64,000 nucleotides of DNA from Flavobacteriales bacterium (GTDB lineage Bacteria > Bacteroidota > Bacteroidia > Flavobacteriales_C > GCA-002722245): positions 210-64,209 of the forward strand of contig JAQXEE010000002.1 of NCBI GenBank assembly GCA_029251005.1, given 5' to 3'. Each line of letters begins with the position of its first letter. Position 1 is the first letter of the stretch. Shown in pieces: positions 19,932 through 30,034 of the stretch. A program made the position numbers and the translations under genes. The notes under the pieces are model-generated. The model made no database searches. It saw only the letters and a program-made list of their open reading frames with translations, and was not told the DNA's origin.

Positions 19932-20611
19932 TTTAAAAAATTAGATAGAATGTAAATTTAAGACGTAATCGTCTTAGATAGGTTGACTAAACAGTATTTA
20001 TTTAAATAAAATCGAATAACACCCATTGGGTAGAATTCAACCATTAATTTTTGCGTAACCGAACTCCGCTTCACCGGTCTTTATTACTTTAGGAACAAAA
20101 AAATAGTTCCATCTCTAATCATAATATATCTCAAAAACTGTAGGCGGCTTTTATTCTTCCGAAAAGATAATCATGCCTATTTTCGTTCACAGGATTCTTT
20201 TCTTTAATTGTTAGGAAACAATATTCCAACACAACAACATAATTGCCTTAACACTCTTTTTATTTCATAAAAAAAGCCAAATAATTATTTTTTGATCTTG
20301 TTTAATAATTCTCAATTAAGGTTCTAAATCCGTTATTTTAGACTGGTGACTTTCCATTTACTTTTTAGTTTACAAGTAATAGAGTGTAATCGTTTTTACG
20401 GAATCAGACTTTTAATTATTGCGAAAGTAAATCCCTAAGTCTCGTCTAACAGGAACTAAGTCTCCGTTTAATTTATAGTACCTTGTTGTTTTTGGAATAG
20501 ATGTATAACTATCAAATTTAAATTCGGAGAGGTTTACAAGAAATCACACCAAAAGTTTGAATTATTTCAAACTAAATTTAATTATATACTTAAGGTAATG
20601 CACTTCCTTAA

Positions 20612-21256
20612 TTAATACCAACGCTTCTTTTTCCTTTTCGAATTGGCAGATTTTCGACTTTTTTTACTCGTACCTTCAGTCCGTCTAACCTCAGCAGCAA
20701 ACTCTTTAGGATTTAAAACAAATGGATGATTTTTTTCGACAACTAACTTTAAGTCAAGTAAATCCTGAATATCTCTAACCATTTGTTTCTCTTCTAGAGC
20801 ACAAAAAGTGATGACTAAAGCTTTGGAGACAGCAATCGACTGACGATCTACATAATGCTCTGAAAAAGTAGGTAGATCAAAATTAATAATCATATCCACC
20901 CTATTCAATTCTAACTGCCTAAAAGCAGTATCCGTAACAACTAAAACATCAATCTTTCCACTTTTAAAACTCTTTAAAGAAACAGCATTTTCTTCCTCCG
21001 ACTTTTCAGAATGAATCCCAACTGAATCACAGCCAATACCTGCGAGCATCTTCACAACCTTATCCGCGCCAAAAGTGGTTCTTCTAAAAATGATCAACTT
21101 ACCTTTCAAACGCTTTCTTAAAACGTAAGTTAACAGTTCCATCTTCTTTTGCTTGGGAGCATAAAACAGCTTTTGCTTTAAACTCTTTAAAAAAGCAGGT
21201 AAAACCTCTTGTCCGTCCCAGGTTTTTAAAATTCCGTTTTCCATTATTATCATCAA
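20612..21256 (-). CDS. Stand-alone, degenerate DEAD-box helicase C-terminal (RecA2) domain, RhlE-derived
   Basis: LIIFRRTTFGADKV, GIHSEKS, FKSGKIDVLVVTDTAFRQLE, INFDLP, ITFC..EE, NHPF, basic tail KRKKKRWY. No DEAD/RecA1 domain; motifs V and VI altered. Confidence 0.75.
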   Translation of the reverse strand: MMIIMENGILKTWDGQEVLPAFLKSLKQKLFYAPKQKKMELLTYVLRKRLKGKLIIFRRTTFGADKVVKMLAGIGCDSVGIHSEKSEEENAVSLKSFKSGKIDVLVVTDTAFRQLELNRVDMIINFDLPTFSEHYVDRQSIAVSKALVITFCALEEKQMVRDIQDLLDLKLVVEKNHPFVLNPKEFAAEVRRTEGTSKKSRKSANSKRKKKRWY

Positions 21257-21536
21257 TTGTGATCGTGTAAAAGTAATCTAAATACAGAAGGATTGAAAGT
21301 TTGTTTTTTCTAGAAATCAATTCCGTTTAAATTTTAGCTTACTTAATAAAATGAATGATGTAAAAAGAAACTAATGAACCTGGATAAGCTAAGAAACGAG
21401 AGTCAAAATCTTTTTCAATCTAATTTAGTTCGTATCTACAACCAAATTCCCGGGAGTCTCGGCAATCTTTAAACAAGGGATTCATTTATTTAAAATAACC
21501 GATCAAAAGGTTTTGAGGTAAAAGTTGGAATAAAAA

Positions 21537-22199
21537 CTAGTAACGAATCGTCATAGAAAATCCTAATGAAGATTGAAACGCATTTACATCAACATCCCCC
21601 TCAAAAAGTCCGATTAAGTTTTTAGAAAAAACAGGTTCAATGTCTATTGCGATTTTACTATTAACAAGAGTATAGCCTACTCCGAAATCTCCTGAAATAT
21701 TAAAAATATTGTAATCTTTATCATCACTAGATGTTACGCTAGAAGAAGAGCCATCATTTGTATTCGTTATTAATGTATTTAATCTGTTTCGCAAATTAAC
21801 TAGTGAAGTAACCCCTGTTCTAATAAAAATACGTTTAGTCAATTTCAACCTCATATACATTGGTATCGTACCATAGTCATGGGTATAGCTAAGCGTTTGT
21901 TCCTCTGCTATATTTAAAATAATTGCTTCTGTTTGTTCGCTTAAGCTTTTGTAGCCTATTCCAAAACCAAAAGCAACCTTTGGAAATTTTTTTTCAATAA
22001 AAACTTCGCCATTAATTAATATTGAAGCCGCAAAACTTTTATATAAATCTTCGTTAATTTTCACTCTTAATTCATCACCCTCAAATGAAACGAAAGAAAA
22101 ATTAGGAGAGAAGCGAACTCCAAAACCTAATTTACCAGAGGCGAAAATTTCAGAAGATGAAAACAGGAAAATAAAAAAGAGACAAATTAAGAATCGCAT
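21537..22199 (-). CDS. Outer-membrane beta-barrel protein (porin/OMP_b-brl_2-like)
   Basis: Start moved to ATG 22199 (MRFLICLFFIFLFSSS, with TAAATTTG just upstream); alternating strands, YGTIPMYM, terminal LGFSMTIRY. Confidence 0.75.
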   Translation of the reverse strand: MRFLICLFFIFLFSSSEIFASGKLGFGVRFSPNFSFVSFEGDELRVKINEDLYKSFAASILINGEVFIEKKFPKVAFGFGIGYKSLSEQTEAIILNIAEEQTLSYTHDYGTIPMYMRLKLTKRIFIRTGVTSLVNLRNRLNTLITNTNDGSSSSVTSSDDKDYNIFNISGDFGVGYTLVNSKIAIDIEPVFSKNLIGLFEGDVDVNAFQSSLGFSMTIRY

Positions 22200-22343
22200 A
22201 TTCAAATTTAAACGGCTTAGTAAAAACATCTTATACATCAAAAACAATATAATGTTGCAGTTGCTGTTATTTAGTAACATTCAACAATGAAAAAAAGAGA
22301 TTTAAGATTGTATTTGTTGGCCTATAAAATAAGCCAACCCTTA

Positions 22344-23420
22344 TTATAAGCTTACAAAACTAATCCCTACTAACCCATAAAGTGAGGTTCCTAGTGAGGA
22401 AAAAGCTGCGATTTCTTGTTGTCCAAAAAAGCCTCTAAAAAATTCCTTCCCATTTTCTAATTCATCATACGTAAAACCATAATTTATCCGAGTACCCAGT
22501 TGAGCATTTAGCCAAAAAAAGCCAACGAGCTTTCTATTCCACTCAATTCGAGGTCTTACCGCTCCTCTTCTTAATTCAAAACTATTCCCATTATTAGATA
22601 GTCCTTCTAAATGATAGCTCCCACCCTCTAATTCGTATCCAAACATGATTAAACTGTTCTTATTCATCCAATACTTACCATTTGCCTTTGCAGGAAATAA
22701 AATCTCTGTTCCCCATTTTTCTTTTTTAGAAGTCCAATTGTACATAATGATAGGTACATAATTTAATTCTCCCACTCTGTAGGTTCGGGATGCCCCAATA
22801 GCCCATTGCAATCTGTCATGCGGTCTTTTCCCCCACAATACCGCAGCACTGTATTTGGTAAGTCCAAATGAATGAAAATCGGTAAAAGTGTAGTTTCCAT
22901 TATAATCAGCCTGCCCCTGAAATATTAAAAATTGTTTATCATTTAATGGCTTAAAAACTGTAGTGAATAACCCAGTTGTATTCAGAGAAGTCCTATCAAG
23001 TTCTGATAGTATAGGACCGTCCGAAGGATCTGCATCATCAATACTGAAATTAGTATTCATGTAATTGGCACCCATTTGCCACACAATGTTATTTCTTGAA
23101 ATTACTGGAATGTTTGCATTTAATCTTAATCCCCCAGTGTAGTTAACATTACTGGACTCTTTTATTTCCCAAGAAGCATCAGGAAGATAACCTATTGTGT
23201 CAGAAGTATTCATTGTGTAAGGAGACTGAACATCCCAAGCAACATTTATAAAACGATTAGGGCTTAAACCTATAATTTTAGGACTTGCAAATGTAGTAGC
23301 ACCTTCATCTGCATATTCTAAATCGTCGTACATGCTGTAATCTTCTTCATCTTGTGCGACCATTAACAGGGGGACAAGGAAAAATGAAAACAATAATACT
23401 TTTATATTCATAATTTTCAC
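22344..23420 (-). CDS. DUF6268-like outer-membrane beta-barrel
   Basis: Signal peptide; YVPIIMYNW, KWGTEILFP, GYELEGGSY, terminal GISFVSL. Confidence 0.65.
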   Translation of the reverse strand: MKIMNIKVLLFSFFLVPLLMVAQDEEDYSMYDDLEYADEGATTFASPKIIGLSPNRFINVAWDVQSPYTMNTSDTIGYLPDASWEIKESSNVNYTGGLRLNANIPVISRNNIVWQMGANYMNTNFSIDDADPSDGPILSELDRTSLNTTGLFTTVFKPLNDKQFLIFQGQADYNGNYTFTDFHSFGLTKYSAAVLWGKRPHDRLQWAIGASRTYRVGELNYVPIIMYNWTSKKEKWGTEILFPAKANGKYWMNKNSLIMFGYELEGGSYHLEGLSNNGNSFELRRGAVRPRIEWNRKLVGFFWLNAQLGTRINYGFTYDELENGKEFFRGFFGQQEIAAFSSLGTSLYGLVGISFVSL

Positions 23421-23884
23421 TTTTTATTTTTCATTACTAATCTTTTCCAAACATCCGTTCTTCCAAACGTTTTCAATCCAATAAAACCTCTGATGTCCAA
23501 AGTGTTTTCATCTTTTAATTTAATCACAGAACTGTAAGTGCTTCCATTTTGAGGGTCGTATATTGTGCCTTCAGACCACTCTCCATTTCCGTTGTAAACG
23601 AAATCTTTTAACATTCTAAAACCTTTTAAAGCAACGTCTTTTAAACTTTCATCTGGGTTATTTTTATCAGTTTTAGGTTTTCCAGTAACTGGATCAATTG
23701 GCTCTCGCAACCAAACAATCTTACCATAATATTTACCCGATATCTTGTCAATTTTCACTTTAATCTTTTTGTTACTTGGTTCCCATACGCCAACTAATTT
23801 ATCTGCATCCTCAGAATCTCCTACCATTGAAGTGAGCAAAAATAATCCAACGAAAAAAATGGCTAATGTTTTAAACTTTTTCAT
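23417..23884 (-). CDS. DUF2147-family protein
   Basis: LVGVWEP, YYGKIVW, DKNNPDESL, GTIYDPQNGSTY, LDIRGFIG, FGRTDVWKR. Confidence 0.9.
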   Translation of the reverse strand: MKKFKTLAIFFVGLFLLTSMVGDSEDADKLVGVWEPSNKKIKVKIDKISGKYYGKIVWLREPIDPVTGKPKTDKNNPDESLKDVALKGFRMLKDFVYNGNGEWSEGTIYDPQNGSTYSSVIKLKDENTLDIRGFIGLKTFGRTDVWKRLVMKNKK

Positions 23885-23890
23885 AACATA

Positions 23891-24394
23891 TTAGTTTTTA
23901 ATTTTTAATTCCCAATCAATAGCTGCGGTAATGGACAAATCATCGTACCAATCTCCCTCAAGATTAAAATCAATTACGAGCGTTTGCATTTTGTCTTGAA
24001 GAATTTCTACTAGAAACTCTTGTTCCTCTGCCAAACTCACTTTATAATTATTTATTTTAATTGACTCTTCCTTTAAAAACCCACATTCTTTCATACTTGT
24101 ATTGGGCGATGCCAACAAAACAGTAAAAGAATTTGGAGTTGGAGCTTCTGTGTTAACCAAACTAAGCTGAATACTTTTTATTCTAACCTCGGTAAGTTGT
24201 TCTTTTTTAACACCAGTTGGCAATATTTTCTGAACATCAAATTCAACTGTAGCTGTATTAACGCCTTCAAAAAGAGGACCAACAGCAATCGTTTCCAATT
24301 TTTGCACATCTGTTTGAATCGGTTCCGATTCCCCACATCCCCAAAAAACAATAACGACGAGGACTAAAAGGTTTGTTTTAAAAAAATATTTCAT
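23891..24394 (-). CDS. Hypothetical lipoprotein
   Basis: Lipobox-like FWGC; first gene of an apparent three-gene operon. Confidence 0.7.
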   Translation of the reverse strand: MKYFFKTNLLVLVVIVFWGCGESEPIQTDVQKLETIAVGPLFEGVNTATVEFDVQKILPTGVKKEQLTEVRIKSIQLSLVNTEAPTPNSFTVLLASPNTSMKECGFLKEESIKINNYKVSLAEEQEFLVEILQDKMQTLVIDFNLEGDWYDDLSITAAIDWELKIKN

Positions 24395-24940
24395 ATTGCA
24401 TTCAGTACGAGAATATATTAATTGTGTTTCATTCTTTCTTCTTGAGACAAGTTTCCATTACTATTCTCTTAATAAGTGAATAAAAGTTGATTAAGATTTT
24501 AATCAAAAAAATCCATCAATTACAACTCTGTTAAAAACTTTTCTTTTGAAAATTCTTGACCCCATTATACTTAATTGGGTTACTTAACCCATTATTAAAT
24601 TTAGTATTTGAGGATTAAAAACTCTTTCATTTCGATTTATCACCTGTGGTCTAATCTTATAGCGCTATCAAACTAGTACTCTTTTAGGTCATTATTTTAG
24701 CTTTTTGTTCTGATCTCATTGATATACAGAAACTAAAGTATCGTTTTAATCAATAGAAGCACTCAATTCTATATTTACTTAGTTTGTGATTATTAATGTT
24801 TTGTTTGAAGATAACTCATAAAAGAAGATGCTAAATATCATTGTCACACCCCCTTCTTCAATCAACTAAAACCTTTGCAGTTGCAATGTTTAAATTTGTA
24901 TACGTGCACAAATATTGACGAATAATCGATAGTATATGGC

Positions 24941-24977
24941 AAAAAAAAAGCATCTACGAAAGTCGTAAATGCTTTTT
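24941..24977 (-). terminator. Terminator of the tRNA transcript
   Basis: aaaagcat-c-tacga/tcgta-a-atgctttt stem with a long U tract on the minus strand. Confidence 0.8.
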
Positions 24978-24981
24978 GATG

Positions 24982-25056
24982 TGGGCGATGAGGGATTCGA
25001 ACCCCCGACCCCCTGCTTGTAAGGCAGGTGCTCTGAACCAACTGAGCTAATCGCCC
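24982..25056 (-). tRNA. tRNA-Val (anticodon TAC), CCA not encoded
   Basis: GGGCGAT/ATCGCCC acceptor stem, AGCTCAGTTGG D arm, CCTGC-CT-TAC-AA-GCAGG anticodon arm (anticodon 25019-25021), GGTTCGAATCC T arm. Confidence 0.98.
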
Positions 25057-25093
25057 GTTTTATTTAAAGAACTTCGTTATCTAAACGGGAGCG

Positions 25094-25124
25094 CAAATAT
25101 ATAGCGAGTTTTTTGTTTAACAAA
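25094..25124 (-). promoter_or_regulatory. tRNA promoter, -33/-7
   Basis: TTTG (25121-25124), 19-nt spacer, TATATTTG (25094-25101): full Bacteroidota primary-sigma consensus. Confidence 0.8.
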
Positions 25125-25490
25125 GAAAAAATTAAAAAAAATTAAAACTTTTTATTCATCAAATCATAACTCCCACTTATAGAGTAAATTAATTTCCCAA
25201 CGGGTTCTGAGCTTCATTTTTACTACTTTTTAGGTTTTACTTAATTATGAAGTGTTAAAAAATAAAAACTGAAACAATAGTATACTAAATATGGGCTTGA
25301 AGATTTAGAAACAGGTTGTTTAAACAAAATTGGGTTAACTGTTATTATTGTTGTTTTGAGTTTAATTTTCACTTGTATCTTTTGATTTTTGGATAGTTTG
25401 TTTCCACGTAATATTGGTGAATTTTAATTCATTTTTATAAAGGGGACCGACGAATCGATGCCCTTGGTTAACTATCCCATTTATCCAGCT

Positions 25491-28133
25491 TTATCCTTTT
25501 ACTATTTTATCTAAATCGACAATGTCTTCTACTTTTAATTCTGATGGACGAAATACGAATTCACCTTCTTCAAATACATCAAGTGTAATGTTACTGCCTG
25601 GTTTTATTTCTCTTTTTAAAATAAGCTTTGATAACTCGTTTAGAACTCTTTTTTGAAGAACTCTTTTTAGTGGTCGAGCTCCAAATTGCGGGTCGTATCC
25701 TAAACGCGCTAGCTCCTCAAAGGCAAAATCCGTAGCATTAATTGTTACATTCTGTTTTGCTAATCGCTCTTGAATGTCTTTAAATAAAATACGAACTATT
25801 CCTGAAATCTCTTTTACACTTAATGGTGTAAACATAATCGTTTCATCTATTCTGTTTAAAAATTCCGGACGCAAAGTTTGCTTTAGTAGCTCAAATACTT
25901 CTACTTTTGTTTTCTCCCCTATCCTATCTAAATCTTCGAGTTTAGCATTCTCATAATTACCTTGAATAATATGAGAACCAATATTGGAAGTTAGTATTAA
26001 AATTGTATTCTTAAAGTTTACTGTTCTCCCTTTATTATCGGTTAACCTACCATCGTCCAAAACTTGCAATAACGTATTGAATACATCTGGATGTGCTTTT
26101 TCAATTTCATCAAATAATACCACTGAGTAGGGTTTACGACGAACAGCTTCTGTTAATTGCCCGCCTTCATCATAACCAACATAACCAGGAGGCGAACCCA
26201 CTAAACGGGAGATAGAGTGTTTTTCTTGATATTCACTCATATCTATTCGTACCATCGCATTTCTATCATTAAATAAATACTCACTTAATCCTTTTGCTAG
26301 TTCAGTTTTACCAACCCCAGTTGTTCCTAAAAATATGAATGAACCAATTGGCCTGTTCTCATCCTGCAATCCTGCTCTATTCCTTCTAACCGCATCAGCA
26401 ACAGCTACTATGGCATCTTCTTGGCCTACCACCGTTTTATGCAACTCTTCTTCTAGCTTTAATAGTTTCTCAACTTCTGCTTCTACCAACTTGGTTACAG
26501 GAATACCCGTCCATTTACTAATTACATCAGCAATTTCCTCCGCATCAACATCCTCCTTTACCATTTTCTCATTGCTCTGGATTTCAGACAGCTTAATTTT
26601 TAACTCCTCTTGTTCTGCGTTAGCCTCTTTAATTTTACCGTATCGTAATTCTGCAACTTTACCGTAATCTCCAGCACGTTCTGCCTGATCGGCTTCCAAC
26701 TTGTATTTCTCTATGTTTTCTTTTGCCAATTGTATTCCGTCGATCACACTTCTCTCGGCTTCCCATTTAGCTTTTAATTCATTTCGAGATTCATTTAGGT
26801 TGGCTAGTTCAGATTGAATATATTTTAATTTTGCGCTTTGCCCCTCCCGCTTAATAGCCTCTCGTTCAATTTCTAATTGTAAAATTTTACGTTCCAAAAA
26901 CTCTAACTCTTCAGGTTTAGAATTAATTTCCATTCTTAGCTTGGCAGCAGCTTCATCAATTAAATCAATTGCTTTATCAGGAAGGAATCGATCACTTATG
27001 TAGCGTTGAGAAAGCTCAACAGCAGCAATAATTGCTTCATCTTTTATTTGGACTTTATGGTGTGTTTCATACTTCTCTTTAATTCCCCTAAGGATAGAAA
27101 TCGCGTCCTCAGTTTTAGGTTCGTCAACAATCACTTTTTGAAATCTACGTTCTAATGCTTTGTCCTTTTCAAAAAACTTTTGATACTCGTTTAGGGTAGT
27201 TGCACCAACAGCTCTCAGTTCCCCACGGGCTAATGCTGGCTTCAAAATATTAGCAGCGTCCATTGCACCTTCTCCACCACCAGCTCCAACGAGTGTATGA
27301 ATTTCATCTATAAAAAGGATGATATCTCCATTGCTAGAAGTCACCTCTTTAACAACCGACTTTAGACGTTCTTCAAATTCTCCTTTATATTTTGCGCCAG
27401 CAATTAAGGAACCCATATCTAAAGAATAAAAAGTTTTGTCTTTTAAATTCTCAGGAACATCACCGTTTATAATTCGATGTGCAATACCCTCTGCAATAGC
27501 TGTTTTACCGACACCTGGCTCACCAATTAGTATAGGATTATTCTTAGTTCTTCGAGAAAGTATTTGTAGGACTCTTTTTATTTCGTCATCTCTTCCAATT
27601 ACAGGGTCTAGTTTTCCTTCTTTAGCAAGGGTGTTTAAGTTTTTAGCAAACTTTTCAAGTGCATTATAAGTGTTTTCTTGAGATTGCGAGGTTACCCTTT
27701 CTCCTTTTGTTAATTCTTGAATAGCAGCTATTAATCCCTTTTCGGTAAACCCACTATCTTTCAGTAACTGAGAAGCATTATCAGAAGTATTCATTAAGCC
27801 AAATAATAAATGCTCGATAGACACATATTCATCTTTCGATTTTTCGGCAAAATTGGTTGCTTTATTTAGAGCTTCTGATGTAAACCGAGATAAATTAGGC
27901 GTATTTCCAGAAACTCTTGGATAACCTTCGATTACTCGATCTAAAGCTTGCTCTACAACTTTATAATTCACACCCAACTTACTAAATATAAAAGGAATTA
28001 CGTTACTATCAACTTCAAAAGCGCCCTTTAAAACGTGCCCTAGCTCAACAGTTTGAGTTTCATTTCCAACTGCGATTTGTTGCGCACGCTGAATAGCCTC
28101 TTGTGATTTTATAGTATAGTTATTGAAATTCAT
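25491..28133 (-). CDS. clpB: ATP-dependent chaperone ClpB
   Basis: Two AAA+ modules ([16 protein letters not shown]), long middle domain, [19 protein letters not shown]; 880 aa. Confidence 0.98.
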   Translation of the reverse strand: MNFNNYTIKSQEAIQRAQQIAVGNETQTVELGHVLKGAFEVDSNVIPFIFSKLGVNYKVVEQALDRVIEGYPRVSGNTPNLSRFTSEALNKATNFAEKSKDEYVSIEHLLFGLMNTSDNASQLLKDSGFTEKGLIAAIQELTKGERVTSQSQENTYNALEKFAKNLNTLAKEGKLDPVIGRDDEIKRVLQILSRRTKNNPILIGEPGVGKTAIAEGIAHRIINGDVPENLKDKTFYSLDMGSLIAGAKYKGEFEERLKSVVKEVTSSNGDIILFIDEIHTLVGAGGGEGAMDAANILKPALARGELRAVGATTLNEYQKFFEKDKALERRFQKVIVDEPKTEDAISILRGIKEKYETHHKVQIKDEAIIAAVELSQRYISDRFLPDKAIDLIDEAAAKLRMEINSKPEELEFLERKILQLEIEREAIKREGQSAKLKYIQSELANLNESRNELKAKWEAERSVIDGIQLAKENIEKYKLEADQAERAGDYGKVAELRYGKIKEANAEQEELKIKLSEIQSNEKMVKEDVDAEEIADVISKWTGIPVTKLVEAEVEKLLKLEEELHKTVVGQEDAIVAVADAVRRNRAGLQDENRPIGSFIFLGTTGVGKTELAKGLSEYLFNDRNAMVRIDMSEYQEKHSISRLVGSPPGYVGYDEGGQLTEAVRRKPYSVVLFDEIEKAHPDVFNTLLQVLDDGRLTDNKGRTVNFKNTILILTSNIGSHIIQGNYENAKLEDLDRIGEKTKVEVFELLKQTLRPEFLNRIDETIMFTPLSVKEISGIVRILFKDIQERLAKQNVTINATDFAFEELARLGYDPQFGARPLKRVLQKRVLNELSKLILKREIKPGSNITLDVFEEGEFVFRPSELKVEDIVDLDKIVKG

Positions 28134-28169
28134 AGAATTGGTTTTTTAGCATTAATTAAGTTTGTTTAG

Positions 28170-28184
28170 TCAAAGCCTGTTCCA
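28170..28184 (-). promoter_or_regulatory. Candidate sigma54-type -24/-12 promoter of clpB
   Basis: Minus strand TGGAACA-GGCT-TTGA with the same spacing as the dnaK element, 36 nt upstream of the ATG. Confidence 0.5.
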
Positions 28185-28215
28185 TTCTTATTAATTCCCA
28201 TTATCACTGAAAAAA

Positions 28216-28291
28216 CGACAGAAAACACTGATTTTCAACGACTTTTTGTCGGAGGAAATCAGAATAATAAGTTAAGTTGACACATTGCGCA
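28216..28291. promoter_or_regulatory. (T/C)GACA-type sites upstream of clpB
   Basis: CGACA (28216), CGACT-ttt-TGTCG (28239-28251), TGACA-cat-TGCGCA (28278-28291). Confidence 0.35.
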
Positions 28292-28376
28292 GTCTTTCAT
28301 CACTAAATTGTTAAAAAAAATATCTGTACCAACAAGTGAAACACTAATTATGGACGTAATTTTGCGCTTGGGAATT

Positions 28377-29975
28377 ATGAGAAAATTACAAATCATTTTA
28401 GGGGCTGTTTTAATTATCGCTAGTACAAGCTTTATGATGAACACGAGCAAGGTAAAACGTAAAAACCCAGCCGTAAAACCACTTGAAACAGTGAGTTCTT
28501 TAATGTCACCTGAAGAAATGTTTGTAATGAATCATCCAAAAAGAGAGTTTCGATCGGCTTGGATTACAACTTTCACAAATTTAGATTGGCCAAGTAAACG
28601 AGGGTTAACTTCCGAGCAACAAAAGGCTGAATTTTTAACAATCATAAATGATTTCCAGGACAATTCTATTAATGCTGTAGTTGGTCAGGTAAGGGCTTCA
28701 TCAGATGCGTTTTATAAAAGTGAAATATCACCTTGGAGTGAATGGTTAACTGGTATTCAAGGTAAGGCACCCGATAACGATTTTGATCCTCTTCGGTTTA
28801 TGGTGGATGAATGCCATGAACGAAACATGGAGTTTCATGCCTGGTTTAACCCTTTTAGAGCAGTTTCTCACACTAAATTTTCAAGTGTAGCTAAAAATCA
28901 TATTTCGAATACTAACCCTGAATGGTTTTTTACATACGGAAACTCAAAGTATTATAATCCAGGTATTCCTGCGGTAAGAAAATATATTTGTGAAGTAGTA
29001 AAAGAGGTTGTTGAAAATTATGATATTGACGGAGTTCATTTTGACGATTATTTTTACCCTTATACCATTGAAGGTCAAAAAATACCAGACGCTAAACAAT
29101 ATGCTACAAATAATAGAGGTTGTACTTCATTAGATGATTGGAGAAGAGATAATATTAATTTATTAATTCAAGAAGTCTCTAAAACGATTAAAACAGCCAA
29201 AAAGCACGTTAAATTTGGAGTAAGTCCACTTGCTATTTGGAGGAATAAAAAACAAGACCCCGAAGGAAGCTATACAAATAGCGGTCAATCGAGTTATGAT
29301 AATTTATACTGTGATACCAAACTATGGATTGAAGAGGATTGGGTTGATTATATGGCACCTCAATTATATTGGAGTACTAAAAACGAATTCGCTAACTACA
29401 ATAATTTAATTAATTGGTGGACAAAATATAGTCATGAAAGACATCTTTATGTTGGACATGCTATTTATAAATTGGATGAAAGAAATAGACATAGCTTTAA
29501 AACTGCTGAATTAATGAATCAGGTAAATATTTGCAGAAAAAATGGAAAAGTCGACGGGAGTATATATTTCCGAGCAAAAGCTTTTGTAAGTAATCATCAA
29601 AACTTTCAAAAAACAATGAATGCGTCAATTTATAAATACCCTTCCCTTGTACCCGCAATGAATTGGATTGATAGTATTCCCCCATCAGCACCTCTTAAAT
29701 TAAAAGCAAAGGTTAAAGAAGATAATGTTGTGCTTAAATGGAAAGCCCCTAAATATCGTTCGGTTAATGATTCAGCTACTTATTATGTTGTTTACCGTTT
29801 TGAAGAAAATGAGGTTATTGATTTACAGTTTTCGAACAAGATTGTCTCTATTCAAAAGCAAACTGAATTTATAGATTCTTCAGCAACATCTTCATCTTGT
29901 TTCAAATACGCTGTAACTGCTGTGGATCGTTTACACAATGAAAGTGTGAAATTTGCTTCTGCAGAATTGAAGTGA
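28377..29975 (+). CDS. Glycoside hydrolase-like family 10 (GHL10, YddW/DigH-like) with C-terminal Fn3 domain
   Basis: EFRSAWITT..NLDWPS, FHAWFNPFR, GVHFDDYFYPY, DYMAPQLYW. Start moved to ATG 28377 (signal peptide; TAATTTTG at 28357-28364). Confidence 0.88.
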   Translation: MRKLQIILGAVLIIASTSFMMNTSKVKRKNPAVKPLETVSSLMSPEEMFVMNHPKREFRSAWITTFTNLDWPSKRGLTSEQQKAEFLTIINDFQDNSINAVVGQVRASSDAFYKSEISPWSEWLTGIQGKAPDNDFDPLRFMVDECHERNMEFHAWFNPFRAVSHTKFSSVAKNHISNTNPEWFFTYGNSKYYNPGIPAVRKYICEVVKEVVENYDIDGVHFDDYFYPYTIEGQKIPDAKQYATNNRGCTSLDDWRRDNINLLIQEVSKTIKTAKKHVKFGVSPLAIWRNKKQDPEGSYTNSGQSSYDNLYCDTKLWIEEDWVDYMAPQLYWSTKNEFANYNNLINWWTKYSHERHLYVGHAIYKLDERNRHSFKTAELMNQVNICRKNGKVDGSIYFRAKAFVSNHQNFQKTMNASIYKYPSLVPAMNWIDSIPPSAPLKLKAKVKEDNVVLKWKAPKYRSVNDSATYYVVYRFEENEVIDLQFSNKIVSIQKQTEFIDSSATSSSCFKYAVTAVDRLHNESVKFASAELK

Positions 29976-30034
29976 TATTGGAGAAATAGAAGTTTTTAAC
30001 TTTATGAATTGAGGTCGAAATGTTTCGTATTTAC

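Noticed and set aside
20513-20520. Orphan TAAATTTG as proof of an sRNA promoter
   Set aside because: About one such 8-mer is expected by chance in 680 bp of AT-rich DNA on both strands, and no matching -33 element is present.
24982-25056. tRNA-Val as the attachment site of a genomic island
   Set aside because: No integrase, and I saw no duplicated tRNA 3' end elsewhere in the window.
28259-28450. 63-aa ORF on the minus strand upstream of clpB, and the 23-aa N-terminal extension of the GHL10 ORF
   Set aside because: The ORF is antisense to the GHL10 signal-peptide region. The -7 element at 28357-28364 lies inside the extension, which supports ATG 28377 as the start.
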